Position numbers and translations under genes: made by a program | The notes under the pieces: model-generated | Told to the model about the DNA's origin: nothing | Databases searched by the model: none | What the model saw: only the letters and a program-made list of their open reading frames with translations | Assembly (NCBI GenBank): GCA_964555185.1 | Contig: CAZKRD010000001.1 | Location: forward strand, 303,272 to 367,271 | Reading direction: 5' to 3' | DNA length: 64,000 nt | From: an uncultured Candidatus Saccharibacteria bacterium | GTDB taxonomy: Bacteria > Patescibacteriota > JAQUNI01 | Part shown: piece after piece, positions 9,487 to 19,394 of the stretch | Layout: each line of letters begins with the position of its first letter | Numbering within the stretch: the stretch's first letter is position 1

Positions 9487-11268
9487 ATGTTTTCTCCTCT
9501 AGAACAAGAAGAAAAGAAATCACGGAACCTAAAATTCATTTTGATAATTTTAGGGATTGTTTTGGTTGTATTTTTTATTATCGGCAGGCCGGTTTGGGCA
9601 GTTTACCGTCATGCTTCAAATGCCAAAAAATTTGTGGTCAAAGCGGAAGAGGAGTTGCGGGAAGGCGATTTTAAGGAAATGGCTTTGTATTTGTCTTTTG
9701 CCCACCAGGATTTTTTAAAGGCCCAAAAAAATATGAAGGGACTCCGCTTTTATAAGGGGATTCCTGTTTTGGGCAGGCAGGTGGAAGCCCTGGATTCACT
9801 TTTGCTTTCCGCTTGTGAGTTGACTGAAAGCTTGGATAATCTATCGCAAATTTTCGCGAGTATGTTGCTGCCTCTTGCTGACAATGAACAGAAAGGGGAA
9901 GCATTGAAGATTTTCGGTGAGTCCACTGCTCTTTTGCGCGAGATGAGAGGAAAGCTAGACAGCGCCGCTAGCCGCTTGGAAGGATTCTCCCTGTCCGGAC
10001 TCTTACCTCAACTGCGGGATACCTTTACCCTCTTGCGGGACAAGATGCCTTTTTTAAAAAAGACAGTTGATCAGTTAATCATCGCTTCGGAAATTTTACC
10101 CGAGATCCTGGGCTATCCTGACCAGAAGACCTACCTTTTTCTTTTTCAGAACAATATGGAGCTTAGGCCCTCTGGCGGTTTTATCGGGACTTATGGCATT
10201 TTGAAATTTAAAAACGGCGAGATTACGAGCTTTTTTACTGATGATACCTATAATCTGGATAAGAATTTTGAGGGCAAGATTCCGACTCCCGAGCCTTTTC
10301 AGATTTACAACAAAAGAGAGAATTGGTATTTTCGCGATTCCAACTGGTCTCCTGATTTTCCCGTGGCTGCCGAAAAAGCGGAATGGTTTTATCATTTAGA
10401 GGGCGGTGAAGAGGAACTAGACGGAGTGATCGCGATCACACCGAGTTTTATTGAGGATATTTTAGTGCTTACCGGTCCTGTTGAGGTAGCTGGTTATCCG
10501 TATCAGTTCACGAGCGAGAATTTTTCTGATCAGCTGGAGTTTCATGTGGAGCAGAATTTCTATAAATTTGAAGAAAAACAATACCGTAAGAGCATCATTG
10601 GCGATTTGGGAGAGATCGTGATGGATAGGGTTTTTAATCTCCCTCGCGGCCAGATTTTGGATTTATTTAATATTGTGTCTCGCGGCTTCTCGGAAAAACA
10701 GGCCTTTATTTATCTTAATGACGGTAATTTGCAGAATATTGTCGGAAAGCTAAACTGGGACGGAGGAGTGCGGGAAACCGCGGGAGATTATTTTCTGTAT
10801 GTTGACTGCAATCTGGCCAGTTTGAAGAGCGATCCTTTCGTTCTGCGCACTATTGACTATGAAGTTAATTGGGACGGCACGGGGCGTCCTCTGTCTCGTT
10901 TAACAATGAATTATAATCATACCGGTGATTTTGACTGGCGCACCACGCGCTACCGTACCTATGTCAGGATTTATCTGCCCCGAGGGTCAGAGCTGGTTGA
11001 GATCAGGGGTAATGAAAGCGAGGTTGAAGTTTACGAGGAATTGGGCAAGACAGTTTTCGCCTTTTTCAAAGTTACTGAACCTGGCACCGAAGAAGCAGTA
11101 ACTATAGAGTACCAATTACCAGAGAGATTAACCGAGGCGGCCTATTCTCTTTATGCCCAAAAACAGGGCGGGACCTTTGATCATGCATTGAACGTGAAGA
11201 TTGATTGGAATGGAGTGAGTAAAGAAATTGAAACAGATCTGAAGAAAGATCGGGAGTTTCAATTATAG
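9487..11268 (+). CDS. DUF4012 domain protein (cell-envelope associated)
   Basis: 593 aa with an N-terminal TM helix. The hallmark NNMELRPSGGFIGTYG motif of DUF4012 is present. Confidence 0.7.
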   Translation: MFSPLEQEEKKSRNLKFILIILGIVLVVFFIIGRPVWAVYRHASNAKKFVVKAEEELREGDFKEMALYLSFAHQDFLKAQKNMKGLRFYKGIPVLGRQVEALDSLLLSACELTESLDNLSQIFASMLLPLADNEQKGEALKIFGESTALLREMRGKLDSAASRLEGFSLSGLLPQLRDTFTLLRDKMPFLKKTVDQLIIASEILPEILGYPDQKTYLFLFQNNMELRPSGGFIGTYGILKFKNGEITSFFTDDTYNLDKNFEGKIPTPEPFQIYNKRENWYFRDSNWSPDFPVAAEKAEWFYHLEGGEEELDGVIAITPSFIEDILVLTGPVEVAGYPYQFTSENFSDQLEFHVEQNFYKFEEKQYRKSIIGDLGEIVMDRVFNLPRGQILDLFNIVSRGFSEKQAFIYLNDGNLQNIVGKLNWDGGVRETAGDYFLYVDCNLASLKSDPFVLRTIDYEVNWDGTGRPLSRLTMNYNHTGDFDWRTTRYRTYVRIYLPRGSELVEIRGNESEVEVYEELGKTVFAFFKVTEPGTEEAVTIEYQLPERLTEAAYSLYAQKQGGTFDHALNVKIDWNGVSKEIETDLKKDREFQL

Positions 11269-11332
11269 GGTTAACGAGTTAAGGGATTTGGAAATAATTC
11301 GTTAATTCGTTAATTCGTTAATCTAAGAACTT

Positions 11333-12631
11333 ATGTCAACAAAAATAAAAACAATAAAGGCGCGGGAGATTCTAGATTCCCGCGGTGATCCGACAATCGA
11401 GGCAAAAGTCATTGTAGAGACGGGCATAAAAACCCGGGCAGAAGTGCCTTCTGGCGCTTCAACCGGGAAGTTTGAGGCGTATGAATTGCGGGACAATGAT
11501 CCAAAGAGATACAGGGGTAAAGGGGTTTTGAAGGCTTGTCGCAATGTCAATACTGTGATAGCTAAGGCTTTGAAGGGCAAGGATGCGCGTAAACAAAAGG
11601 AGATTGACGGGATTATGTTAGGCTTGGACGGGACAAAAAGGAAGTCCAAGTTGGGCGCTAACGCGATCCTCTCTGTCTCTTTGGCTTGTGCGCGGGCAGG
11701 AGCTGTGGCCCAAGGCTTGGAGCTCTGGCAGTGGATCAGGAAAATTGCGGATTGTGAATCGAAGGTTCAAAATGTTAAGTCCATTATCAAACCGATTTCT
11801 TCTGATTTGCCCCGGCCTTGTTTTAATTTGATCAATGGCGGCAAGCACGCGGATAACAAGCTGGAGTTTCAGGAATTTTGGGTTATTCCGGTCAGCGCCT
11901 CTTCTTTCCGGGAGGCCGTACGGATGGGATCGGAAGTTTTTTACAGTCTGAAGGCCTTGTGCAAGGAAAAAGGGTATGATACGGACGTGGGAAACGAAGG
12001 GGGCTTTGGTCCGGAGTTAGACTCCAATGATCAAGCAGTAGAAATGCTGATTGAAGCGGTGGAGAGAGCGGGGTTTAGGCTCCCTCGCGATTTTGTTTTG
12101 GGTCTTGATGTCGCCGCGAATTCTTTTTATCAAGACGGCCAGTATATCTTTAAGTCCGAAGGGCTCTCGTTGTCTTCGGAACGTTTGATTAATTTGTATC
12201 ATGAATGGGTTAATAAATATCCACTTTTTGTGATTGAAGATGGCTTAGCAGAAGAGGATTGGGAGGCCTGGGTTTCTCTTCGTAAAAAACTGGGAGACAA
12301 AGTGCAGATCATTGGCGACGATTTGCTGGTAACAAATGTTAATAGACTAGAAAGGGCGATAAAGCTAAATGCGGCTAACGCGATCTTGATTAAACCTAAT
12401 CAGATCGGCACTCTGACCGAAACATTGGATTGTATTAAAAAGGCTCACAAGAATAATTTTGACACGGTGGTTTCTCATCGTTCAGGAGACACCTGCGATA
12501 CCTTTATCGCTGATTTGGCGGTCGGTGTCAGAGCAGGCCAGATCAAGACCGGTTCCCTTGTCCGGAGCGAGAGGACCTGCAAATATAATCGGTTGATGGA
12601 GATAGAATATGAGTTACTTAAGCTTAAGTAA
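11333..12631 (+). CDS. eno: Enolase
   Basis: 432 aa. The N-terminus KAREILDSRGDPTIEAKV...SGASTG and full length match enolase. Confidence 0.95.
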   Translation: MSTKIKTIKAREILDSRGDPTIEAKVIVETGIKTRAEVPSGASTGKFEAYELRDNDPKRYRGKGVLKACRNVNTVIAKALKGKDARKQKEIDGIMLGLDGTKRKSKLGANAILSVSLACARAGAVAQGLELWQWIRKIADCESKVQNVKSIIKPISSDLPRPCFNLINGGKHADNKLEFQEFWVIPVSASSFREAVRMGSEVFYSLKALCKEKGYDTDVGNEGGFGPELDSNDQAVEMLIEAVERAGFRLPRDFVLGLDVAANSFYQDGQYIFKSEGLSLSSERLINLYHEWVNKYPLFVIEDGLAEEDWEAWVSLRKKLGDKVQIIGDDLLVTNVNRLERAIKLNAANAILIKPNQIGTLTETLDCIKKAHKNNFDTVVSHRSGDTCDTFIADLAVGVRAGQIKTGSLVRSERTCKYNRLMEIEYELLKLK

Positions 12632-12680
12632 CTCATATTTTTTAGTCATAGGTCAAAAATCACAAACCCAAAGACTTAAA

Positions 12681-14270
12681 ATGAAAAAATACAATTTAGT
12701 CATTCTGGTTATTTTAGACGGCTGGGGGATTGGTCCTCCTACTCGCGCTAATGCGATTGCCCAAGCCAAAACGCCGGTAATGAATAATTTAATTGAGAAT
12801 TTTCCAGCCGCCACCCTGCGGGCATCAGGAGAGGGTGTCGGTCTGCCTTGGCAGGAGATGGGCAATTCCGAGGTGGGCCATATGAATTTGGGCGCCGGCC
12901 GGATTATTTTTCAGTATCTGCCGCGGATTAATAATGCGATTGAAAGCGGTCAGTTTTTCCAAAACAGAGCTTTTTTGAAGGCGATTGCTCACGTCAAGAA
13001 GAATAATTCAAGTTTGCACCTTATCGGCTTATTGAGTCCGGGCGGGGTGCACAGCCACAGCGATCATCTTTATGCTCTTTTGAATTTTGCTAAAGGGCAG
13101 GGGATCACCAAAGTTTTTATCCATGCTTTTTTAGACGGCCGGGACACGGATCCCCAGTCGGGTTTGGGTTACTTGGAAGCCCTCGAGCAGCAGATCAGGA
13201 AAATAGGAACAGGCAGGGTTGCGACTATTGCCGGCCGTTTTTTCGGGATGGACCGGGATCAGCATTGGGAGCGCGTCAAGAGGAGCTATGATGCCATAGT
13301 CAGAGGGGAGGGTAAGAGAGTTGTTGATTTTCATAAGGAGATTGAGGAGAGTTACCGCCAGAATATTTTTGATCAAAACATTGAACCGATGGTAGTTATG
13401 GAGCGGGACAATAATCCTGTTGCTTCTGTTTGCGACAATGACGGTTTCATCTTTTTTAACTATCGGCAGGATCGAGCGCGTCAGATTACAAAGGCTTTTG
13501 TTTTGTCCAAGTTCGACAGGTTTCCGCGAGGAGACCAGATTAAAAATTTGTCTTTTGTCGCGATGACGGCTTATGAGGAAGGTTTGCCTTTAGAGGTTGC
13601 TTTTCCTAAGCAGGAGATCAAGATGACTTTAGCAGAAGTTTTAAGTAAAGCGGGATTGCGTCAGCTGCACATCGCGGAAACGGAAAAATACGCCCACGTA
13701 ACTTGTTTTTTTGACGGCAATCGGGAAAACCCTTTCCCAGGAGAAGATTATGTTCTAATTCGCTCGCCGCGGATTGAAGACTACGCGCAAATACCCGAGA
13801 TGAGCGCTTTTGAGGTTACCGATCGAGTGATCCGAGAGATCAAAGGCAAAAAGTACAATTTTATTGTTGTTAATTTTGCCAATCCTGATATGGTGGGCCA
13901 CACCGGGAATCTCAAAGCAGCCGTGCGCGCGGTGGAAGTGACCGATCAGTGCCTGGGCCAGGTAGTGAAAACAGCATTGGCGGAGGATGCGGTTGTCTTA
14001 GCAACAGCAGATCACGGGAATGTTGAGGAGATGCTGGATTTGCACAGAGGCACTGTTTTAACCGAACATACAAAAAATCCCGTGCCCTTTGTGATCGCAG
14101 CTTCCGAATTGAAGGGCAAGGCCAGCGGAAAAAAGACACTCTACGAGAAAGGAGATGGTTACCCAACGGGTTTGCTTTCGGATGTTGCTTCCACTGTTTT
14201 AGCGCTTTTGGGTCTTCCTAAGCCCGCCGAGATGACGGGGATAAATCTTGCAAAGGTTTTGCTTCAATAG
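12681..14270 (+). CDS. gpmI: 2,3-bisphosphoglycerate-independent phosphoglycerate mutase
   Basis: The NLVILVILDGWGIG N-terminus, plus GNSEVGHMNLGAGR and ADHGN motifs, identify gpmI. The ATG at 12681 is used because the ORF-track start at 12609 overlaps eno. Confidence 0.9.
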   Translation: MKKYNLVILVILDGWGIGPPTRANAIAQAKTPVMNNLIENFPAATLRASGEGVGLPWQEMGNSEVGHMNLGAGRIIFQYLPRINNAIESGQFFQNRAFLKAIAHVKKNNSSLHLIGLLSPGGVHSHSDHLYALLNFAKGQGITKVFIHAFLDGRDTDPQSGLGYLEALEQQIRKIGTGRVATIAGRFFGMDRDQHWERVKRSYDAIVRGEGKRVVDFHKEIEESYRQNIFDQNIEPMVVMERDNNPVASVCDNDGFIFFNYRQDRARQITKAFVLSKFDRFPRGDQIKNLSFVAMTAYEEGLPLEVAFPKQEIKMTLAEVLSKAGLRQLHIAETEKYAHVTCFFDGNRENPFPGEDYVLIRSPRIEDYAQIPEMSAFEVTDRVIREIKGKKYNFIVVNFANPDMVGHTGNLKAAVRAVEVTDQCLGQVVKTALAEDAVVLATADHGNVEEMLDLHRGTVLTEHTKNPVPFVIAASELKGKASGKKTLYEKGDGYPTGLLSDVASTVLALLGLPKPAEMTGINLAKVLLQ

Positions 14271-14313
14271 AATTTGTTTTTTAAAAGTTTTCTACGTCTT
14301 AAAATTCAAAATT

Positions 14314-15279
14314 ATGTATGATTTAGTAACCATTGGCAGTGCCACCCGCGATATCGTAATCAGGACGCGGGCAGGCAAATTAGTCGCAACGCCCGATGAC
14401 CCTTTGGCCCAAAAAGTTTTAGCCTTTGAGTATGGAGCAAAGATTCCTGTTTTGCAGACCTATGATAATTTTGGCGGCGGCGGCTGTAACGTGGCGATCG
14501 GTCTTGCCCGCTTGGGCTTAAATGTTGCGGCGAGAGTGAATTTGGGTAAGGACCTAGAGGGGTTTCGGATCAAAAAGAGGCTGAATAAAGAGAAGGTCGC
14601 CACTCGACTGCTTACTTGGGATCGGAAAGAGAAAACGGATATTTCAGTCGTGGTTGTTGATGAGAAAGTGGCGGGAGACCATATAATTTTTGTGGATAAA
14701 AATGCCAGCAATAATTTGGTTTTAGGTAAAAGAAAACTAGCGGCAAGATGGGTTTATGTTTCTTCCTTGGGCGGACAGTGGGAGAAACTGCTTTCTGATT
14801 TGTTGAAAGCGGCTTCTGCGGATAAAACAAAGATTGTTTTTAATCCTGGTTCTTTGCAGTTAGCCGCGGGATACGAGGGCTTGAGGAATATTTTTGCCAG
14901 GTTGGAGATTCTGATTGTTAGTTTAGATGAGGCGGTTGAGCTGGTTTTGGGCAAAAACAAGGGAGCTTCTTTGTCTCCTGAAGGATTAGCGAAAGAGCTT
15001 TTTTCTTGGGGCCCGAAGGTGGTAGTGATTACTCAAGGCGCTCGCGGCGCCCTAGCTTATGATGGCAAAAATTTAAAGCAGAGGCCGGCAGTGAAGGTGA
15101 AAAAGGTCGTTGATACCACCGGTGCTGGCGATGCTTTTTCCGCCGGCTTTGTCGGAGCAATGGTTTTAGGCGGGGATTTAGATCGCGCTTTAGAGTGGGG
15201 AGCGAAAAATAGCGCCAGTGTAATTCAAAAATACGGAGCCCAGGTAAGGTTGTTGAAAAGGGCGGAGCTTGAATTTTAA
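14314..15279 (+). CDS. PfkB-family carbohydrate kinase (ribokinase-like)
   Basis: The DTTGAGDAFSAGFVGAMVLG PfkB signature is near the C-terminus. The track start at 14248 is TTG, so the ATG at 14314 is used. Confidence 0.75.
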   Translation: MYDLVTIGSATRDIVIRTRAGKLVATPDDPLAQKVLAFEYGAKIPVLQTYDNFGGGGCNVAIGLARLGLNVAARVNLGKDLEGFRIKKRLNKEKVATRLLTWDRKEKTDISVVVVDEKVAGDHIIFVDKNASNNLVLGKRKLAARWVYVSSLGGQWEKLLSDLLKAASADKTKIVFNPGSLQLAAGYEGLRNIFARLEILIVSLDEAVELVLGKNKGASLSPEGLAKELFSWGPKVVVITQGARGALAYDGKNLKQRPAVKVKKVVDTTGAGDAFSAGFVGAMVLGGDLDRALEWGAKNSASVIQKYGAQVRLLKRAELEF

Positions 15280-15289
15280 AAAACAGGTT

Positions 15290-15434
15290 TTCTACTGGAT
15301 CAGACGCGCTGAAAATTAAAAAGAGTTCAAAGTTCAAAGTGCCTGCCTGCCGGCAGGCAGGCAAAGTTATAATTTAGTTTAAAATTTCTAATTCTAAATT
15401 CAATTTTTAATTTTGAACTTTTAACTGATATGAG
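15290..15434 (+). repeat. Heptamer-periodic palindromic upstream element (agttcaa) with GC-rich hairpin core
   Basis: agttcaaagttcaaagtgcctgcctgccggcaggcaggcaaagtt. The core gtgcctgcctgccggcaggcaggca is a perfect palindrome. Confidence 0.6.
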
Positions 15435-16523
15435 ATGCATAAACCCAACTATGTTCTGATCATTACGGTTTTTATCTTGGTGGTTTTTGGACTGATTATG
15501 ATCGCCTCCTCAAGTTCGGTGATTTCTTACGAGCGGTTTGGAAATAACAGTTATTATCTGCGGCATCAATTTTTTTTTGGTGCGCTTTTGGGATTAATTG
15601 CCTGGCTCCTTTTTTCGAAAGTTGATTACCATAAATGGCAGAAATGGTCCTTTTTGTTATTATTGGTTACTTTGATTCTTTTGATTTTGGTTTTTGTTCC
15701 TGGAATTGGTTTGGGTTATAAAGGCGCGCGGCGCTGGATTGGATTTGGCTCTTTTTCTTTTCAGCCGACAGAGCTTTTAAAACTTACTTTTGTTTTGTAT
15801 CTTGCTACTTGGCTTTCTAAGAGAAAAGAAAAGGTTTCTGATTTTTTTCATGGCTTTTTTTCTTTTGTTGTGGTTTTGGGCGTGATCAGTTTTTTAATTA
15901 TTTTACAGCCTGACCTGGGGACATTGTCGATTGTGCTTTTAACGGCGGTGATTATTTATTATTTAGCCGGCGCGAGAATTCCGCACCTTGTCACGATCGG
16001 GGTTTTTTTGGGCCTTGTTTTTGTCCTTTTGGTTTTGGTCGCGCCTTATCGGATGGAGCGGTTTACGGTTTTTTTGGGATCAGAGACCGATCCTCAAGGC
16101 GTGAGTTATCACATTAATCAAGCCTTGATTGCAGAAGGGTCGGGTGGATTGTGGGGTTTGGGTTTTGGTCAGTCGCGGCAAAAATATAATTATTTGCCTG
16201 AAGTCTCCGGGGATTCAATCTTTGCCGTGATTTGCGAAGAGCTGGGTTTTTTCAGGGTTTTAAGCTTGGTTGCTCTTTTTCTGGTTTTAATGTATCAAGG
16301 ATTTAAAATAGCGCGCAAAAGCCCAGACCTTTTTGGCAAGCTTTTGGCCGGAGGGATCACTTCCTGGCTTTCTTTTCAGGCCTTTGTCAACATTTTGGCT
16401 ATGATCGGTTTGATTCCATTGACCGGCATTCCCCTGCCCTTAGTGAGTTACGGCGGATCTGCTATGGTGATTTCTTTGATTGGGGTAGGGATCGTGACTA
16501 ATGTCTCAAAGCATACGGTTTAG
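15435..16523 (+). CDS. ftsW: SEDS-family peptidoglycan glycosyltransferase FtsW/RodA
   Basis: 362 aa polytopic membrane protein. The C-terminal PLPLVSYGGSAMVISLIGVGIV matches FtsW/RodA. It lies immediately upstream of murG. Confidence 0.85.
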   Translation: MHKPNYVLIITVFILVVFGLIMIASSSSVISYERFGNNSYYLRHQFFFGALLGLIAWLLFSKVDYHKWQKWSFLLLLVTLILLILVFVPGIGLGYKGARRWIGFGSFSFQPTELLKLTFVLYLATWLSKRKEKVSDFFHGFFSFVVVLGVISFLIILQPDLGTLSIVLLTAVIIYYLAGARIPHLVTIGVFLGLVFVLLVLVAPYRMERFTVFLGSETDPQGVSYHINQALIAEGSGGLWGLGFGQSRQKYNYLPEVSGDSIFAVICEELGFFRVLSLVALFLVLMYQGFKIARKSPDLFGKLLAGGITSWLSFQAFVNILAMIGLIPLTGIPLPLVSYGGSAMVISLIGVGIVTNVSKHTV

Positions 16524-16535
16524 AATTAGAAAATT

Positions 16536-17615
16536 ATGAATATTCTATTAACCGGCGGCGGCACGGGCGGACATACGATTCCGCTTGTTGTTGTTGCCGC
16601 TGAATTAAAAAAAAGAAGAAAGGACTTGGTTCTTTTTTGGATTGGTGGAGAAGGGATTGAAGAGCAGGCAGCGCGGGAAAATAATATCGCTTTTGGAAAG
16701 ATAGTTGTCGGGAAATTTCGCCGCTACTTTTCTTTTTCTAATCTGCTTGATTTTTTTAAAATTCCGATTGGATTTTTCCAAAGTTTCTTTTTGATTTTGG
16801 GCTTTAAGCCCGATCTTGTGTTTAGTAAAGGAGGTTATGTCAGCTTGCCTGTGGTTTTCGCGGCCTTCCTCTTGCGCAAAAAGATTATCATCCACGAATC
16901 TGATTTGAAACCGGGTCTAGCGAATAGAATCGGAGCGAGGTTAGCTTCCAAGGTTTTGTTAGGATTTAAAAAAGGGGCAGACGAAAAGCAGCATATCTTT
17001 GTTGGCAATCCAATAAGAGAAGAGATTTTACAGAGAGATAAAGCAGAAGGTTGTCGTTTTTTTAATCTTGATCCAGAGAGGAAAACAATTTTGATTCTGG
17101 GCGGCAGTCAGGGCGCGCGTTTTCTCAATCAGTTAATTACAAAAGCAAAAACGAACTTGGGAGAATATCAGCTTATTCACCTTGTTGGACCAAAATATCC
17201 TCTGCCCAAAACAGGAGAAAATTACAAGCCCTATAACTGGCTTGCGGCAAAAAGAATCGGCCAGGCTTATGCTGCGGCTGACTTTGTGATTTCCCGGGCC
17301 GGGGCTAATACTTTGGCTGAAATTGCGGCCTGCGGCAAGCCATCAATCCTAATCCCAATGCCGCGATCAGCAGCCGGCCACCAGCTTGCCAATGCCAAGG
17401 TGTTTGAGAGAGAAGGAGCGAGTATTGTTTTAGAACAAGAAAGTCTATCGCGAGATAAGTTGATTAAGATTGTGAAAAGTTTATTAGCTAATCAAGAGAG
17501 GTTAAAAGAGATGGGTTTGGCTGCTCAAAACCTGGCTTGTCCTGATGCGTCATCTCGGATTGTTTCCTCTATTTTGAATAATGTTACAAATTTGAACGAT
17601 CGTGAAGATTTGTAA
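16536..17615 (+). CDS. murG: UDP-GlcNAc--lipid I N-acetylglucosaminyltransferase MurG
   Basis: The NILLTGGGTGGHTIPLVVVAAEL N-terminus is the G-loop of MurG. 359 aa. Confidence 0.9.
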   Translation: MNILLTGGGTGGHTIPLVVVAAELKKRRKDLVLFWIGGEGIEEQAARENNIAFGKIVVGKFRRYFSFSNLLDFFKIPIGFFQSFFLILGFKPDLVFSKGGYVSLPVVFAAFLLRKKIIIHESDLKPGLANRIGARLASKVLLGFKKGADEKQHIFVGNPIREEILQRDKAEGCRFFNLDPERKTILILGGSQGARFLNQLITKAKTNLGEYQLIHLVGPKYPLPKTGENYKPYNWLAAKRIGQAYAAADFVISRAGANTLAEIAACGKPSILIPMPRSAAGHQLANAKVFEREGASIVLEQESLSRDKLIKIVKSLLANQERLKEMGLAAQNLACPDASSRIVSSILNNVTNLNDREDL

Positions 17616-17628
17616 CGCCCAAATTACA

Positions 17629-18993
17629 ATGTCAGGCAATCAACAACAAAAGGATATTCACTTGATCGGGATTGGCGGGATTGGGATCTCCGGTTTAGCG
17701 CGGATTTATTTAGAGAAAGGATATAGGGTTTCTGGTTCAGATTTAGTAGGATCAAAGATAACACGCGGCTTAGAGAAATTAGGCGCCAAGATTTTTATTG
17801 GCAAGCACAAGAAGGAGAATTTGTCATCTTCTGCTAATCTAGTTGTTTATAATCTGGCGATTCCAGAAGATAACCCAGAGCTTGCGGGCGCGCGGAAGAA
17901 AAAAATCAAGTGTCTTACTTATCCGGAAGCTTTAGGTGAATTGAGCAAAGATTATTTTACGATCTGCGTTTCTGGAACCCATGGCAAAACCACGACCACC
18001 TCGATGCTTGCTTCAATTCTATTGAAAGCCGGCTTGGATCCAACCGTGATTGTGGGAAGCAAGCTCAAAGAATTGGATGGCAGTAATGCTCGTTTAGGCA
18101 AAAGCAAGTATCTAGTGATTGAAGCGGATGAATACAAGCGGGCTTTTTTGAATTATCATCCGAAAGTGATTGTGGTTACGAATATTGAAGCAGATCATTT
18201 GGATTATTATAAAGATATTGATGATTTGAATTCGGCTTTTGAGAGCTTTGTTGAGAACTTGTTTCCGAAGGGCATATTAGTGGCTAATGACGAGGTTTTT
18301 TCTTCTTTGTCATTACAAAGAGCAAGCGAGGCAGAGCCGAGCGCAGCGACGAAGCAATCTCCTTTTGGAGAATTTATCTTTTACAATCAGGGGCCGCGGG
18401 AGAAAATTAAAAAGGTTTTGCAAGTCCCTGGTGACCATAATATTCAAAATGCTTTGGCTGCTTTTGCTGTGGCGAAGAATTTAGGTATTCCCGATCAGAC
18501 TATTTTTAAAGCTTTGTCAAAATTCCAAGGCGCTTGGCGCCGTTTTGAAGTAAAGTATAATAGAGAAGTGACGATTATTGACGATTATGGCCACCATCCC
18601 ACAGAGATAAAAGCTACGCTGGCCGGAGCGCAGGAGAAATATCCGGATCGTAAGCTCTGGTGCGTTTTCCAGCCCCACCAGATTGAGCGGACCAGGAAAC
18701 TATTCCAAGATTTTATAAGTTCTTTTGATTCTGCTGATAAAATAATTATTGCCAAAATTTTTGGCGTTGCCGGCCGTGAAAAAGGAGATATGCAGGAGGA
18801 AGTATTGTCTAAAAAATTAGCCATTATGCTAAAGGATCGAGGATTAGACGCGATTTATTTAGATAATTTCGAAAAAATAGTCAATTATCTCAGTAAGAAT
18901 ATTAAAAAAGGAGATGTAATCATTGTGATGGGCGCGGGCACGATCAACCAGCTAACCCCTAAATTAATTAAAAAAATCAAGCCTGAGATTTAG
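17629..18993 (+). CDS. murC: UDP-N-acetylmuramate--L-alanine ligase MurC
   Basis: IHLIGIGGIGISGLARIYLEKGYRVSGSD and GTHGKTTTTSM P-loop. The track start at 17602 is GTG, so the ATG at 17629 is used. Confidence 0.9.
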   Translation: MSGNQQQKDIHLIGIGGIGISGLARIYLEKGYRVSGSDLVGSKITRGLEKLGAKIFIGKHKKENLSSSANLVVYNLAIPEDNPELAGARKKKIKCLTYPEALGELSKDYFTICVSGTHGKTTTTSMLASILLKAGLDPTVIVGSKLKELDGSNARLGKSKYLVIEADEYKRAFLNYHPKVIVVTNIEADHLDYYKDIDDLNSAFESFVENLFPKGILVANDEVFSSLSLQRASEAEPSAATKQSPFGEFIFYNQGPREKIKKVLQVPGDHNIQNALAAFAVAKNLGIPDQTIFKALSKFQGAWRRFEVKYNREVTIIDDYGHHPTEIKATLAGAQEKYPDRKLWCVFQPHQIERTRKLFQDFISSFDSADKIIIAKIFGVAGREKGDMQEEVLSKKLAIMLKDRGLDAIYLDNFEKIVNYLSKNIKKGDVIIVMGAGTINQLTPKLIKKIKPEI

Positions 18994-19018
18994 ACTTGAG
19001 TTAATGAACCAGTATTCT

Positions 19019-19255
19019 TCATGTTCTTCGCTTTCGCTCGTTTTTGCGGTAGACAATCCTGCCCTGGGTCAGGTCATAAGGTGAGAGATGAACGATTACC
19101 TTGTCATCAGGCAAAATTCTGATATTGTTTATTTTTATTTTGCCTGAGAGGTAAACCAAGGCCTGATGGCCGTTTTTAAGCTCGACCCGGAATGTAGTGT
19201 TGGGAAGCGATTCGATAACTTTCGCTTCCATTTCGATCGCATCCTGTTTTGGCAT
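19019..19255 (-). CDS. infA: Translation initiation factor IF-1 (first of two copies)
   Basis: 78 aa. [64 protein letters not shown] aligns along the full length of canonical IF-1. This is one of only two minus-strand genes in the window. Confidence 0.75.
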   Translation of the reverse strand: MPKQDAIEMEAKVIESLPNTTFRVELKNGHQALVYLSGKIKINNIRILPDDKVIVHLSPYDLTQGRIVYRKNERKRRT

Positions 19256-19394
19256 TTATTTCACACCTTCTTTCTTCTGCTCTGCCGGTCATTGTAACAC
19301 TATCTTGTTCAGATATCCCATACCCTAATTTGAGTTTTTCGTAATTACGTTTTTAGCTTTTATGTATTTATAAATCATTTTTCAAAAAAAGTCA

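Noticed and set aside
12609-12680. ORF-track start for gpmI at 12609 (MSYLSLSNSYFLVIGQ...)
   Set aside because: The extension overlaps the 3' end of eno, including its stop at 12631, and the conserved gpmI N-terminus begins at the ATG at 12681.
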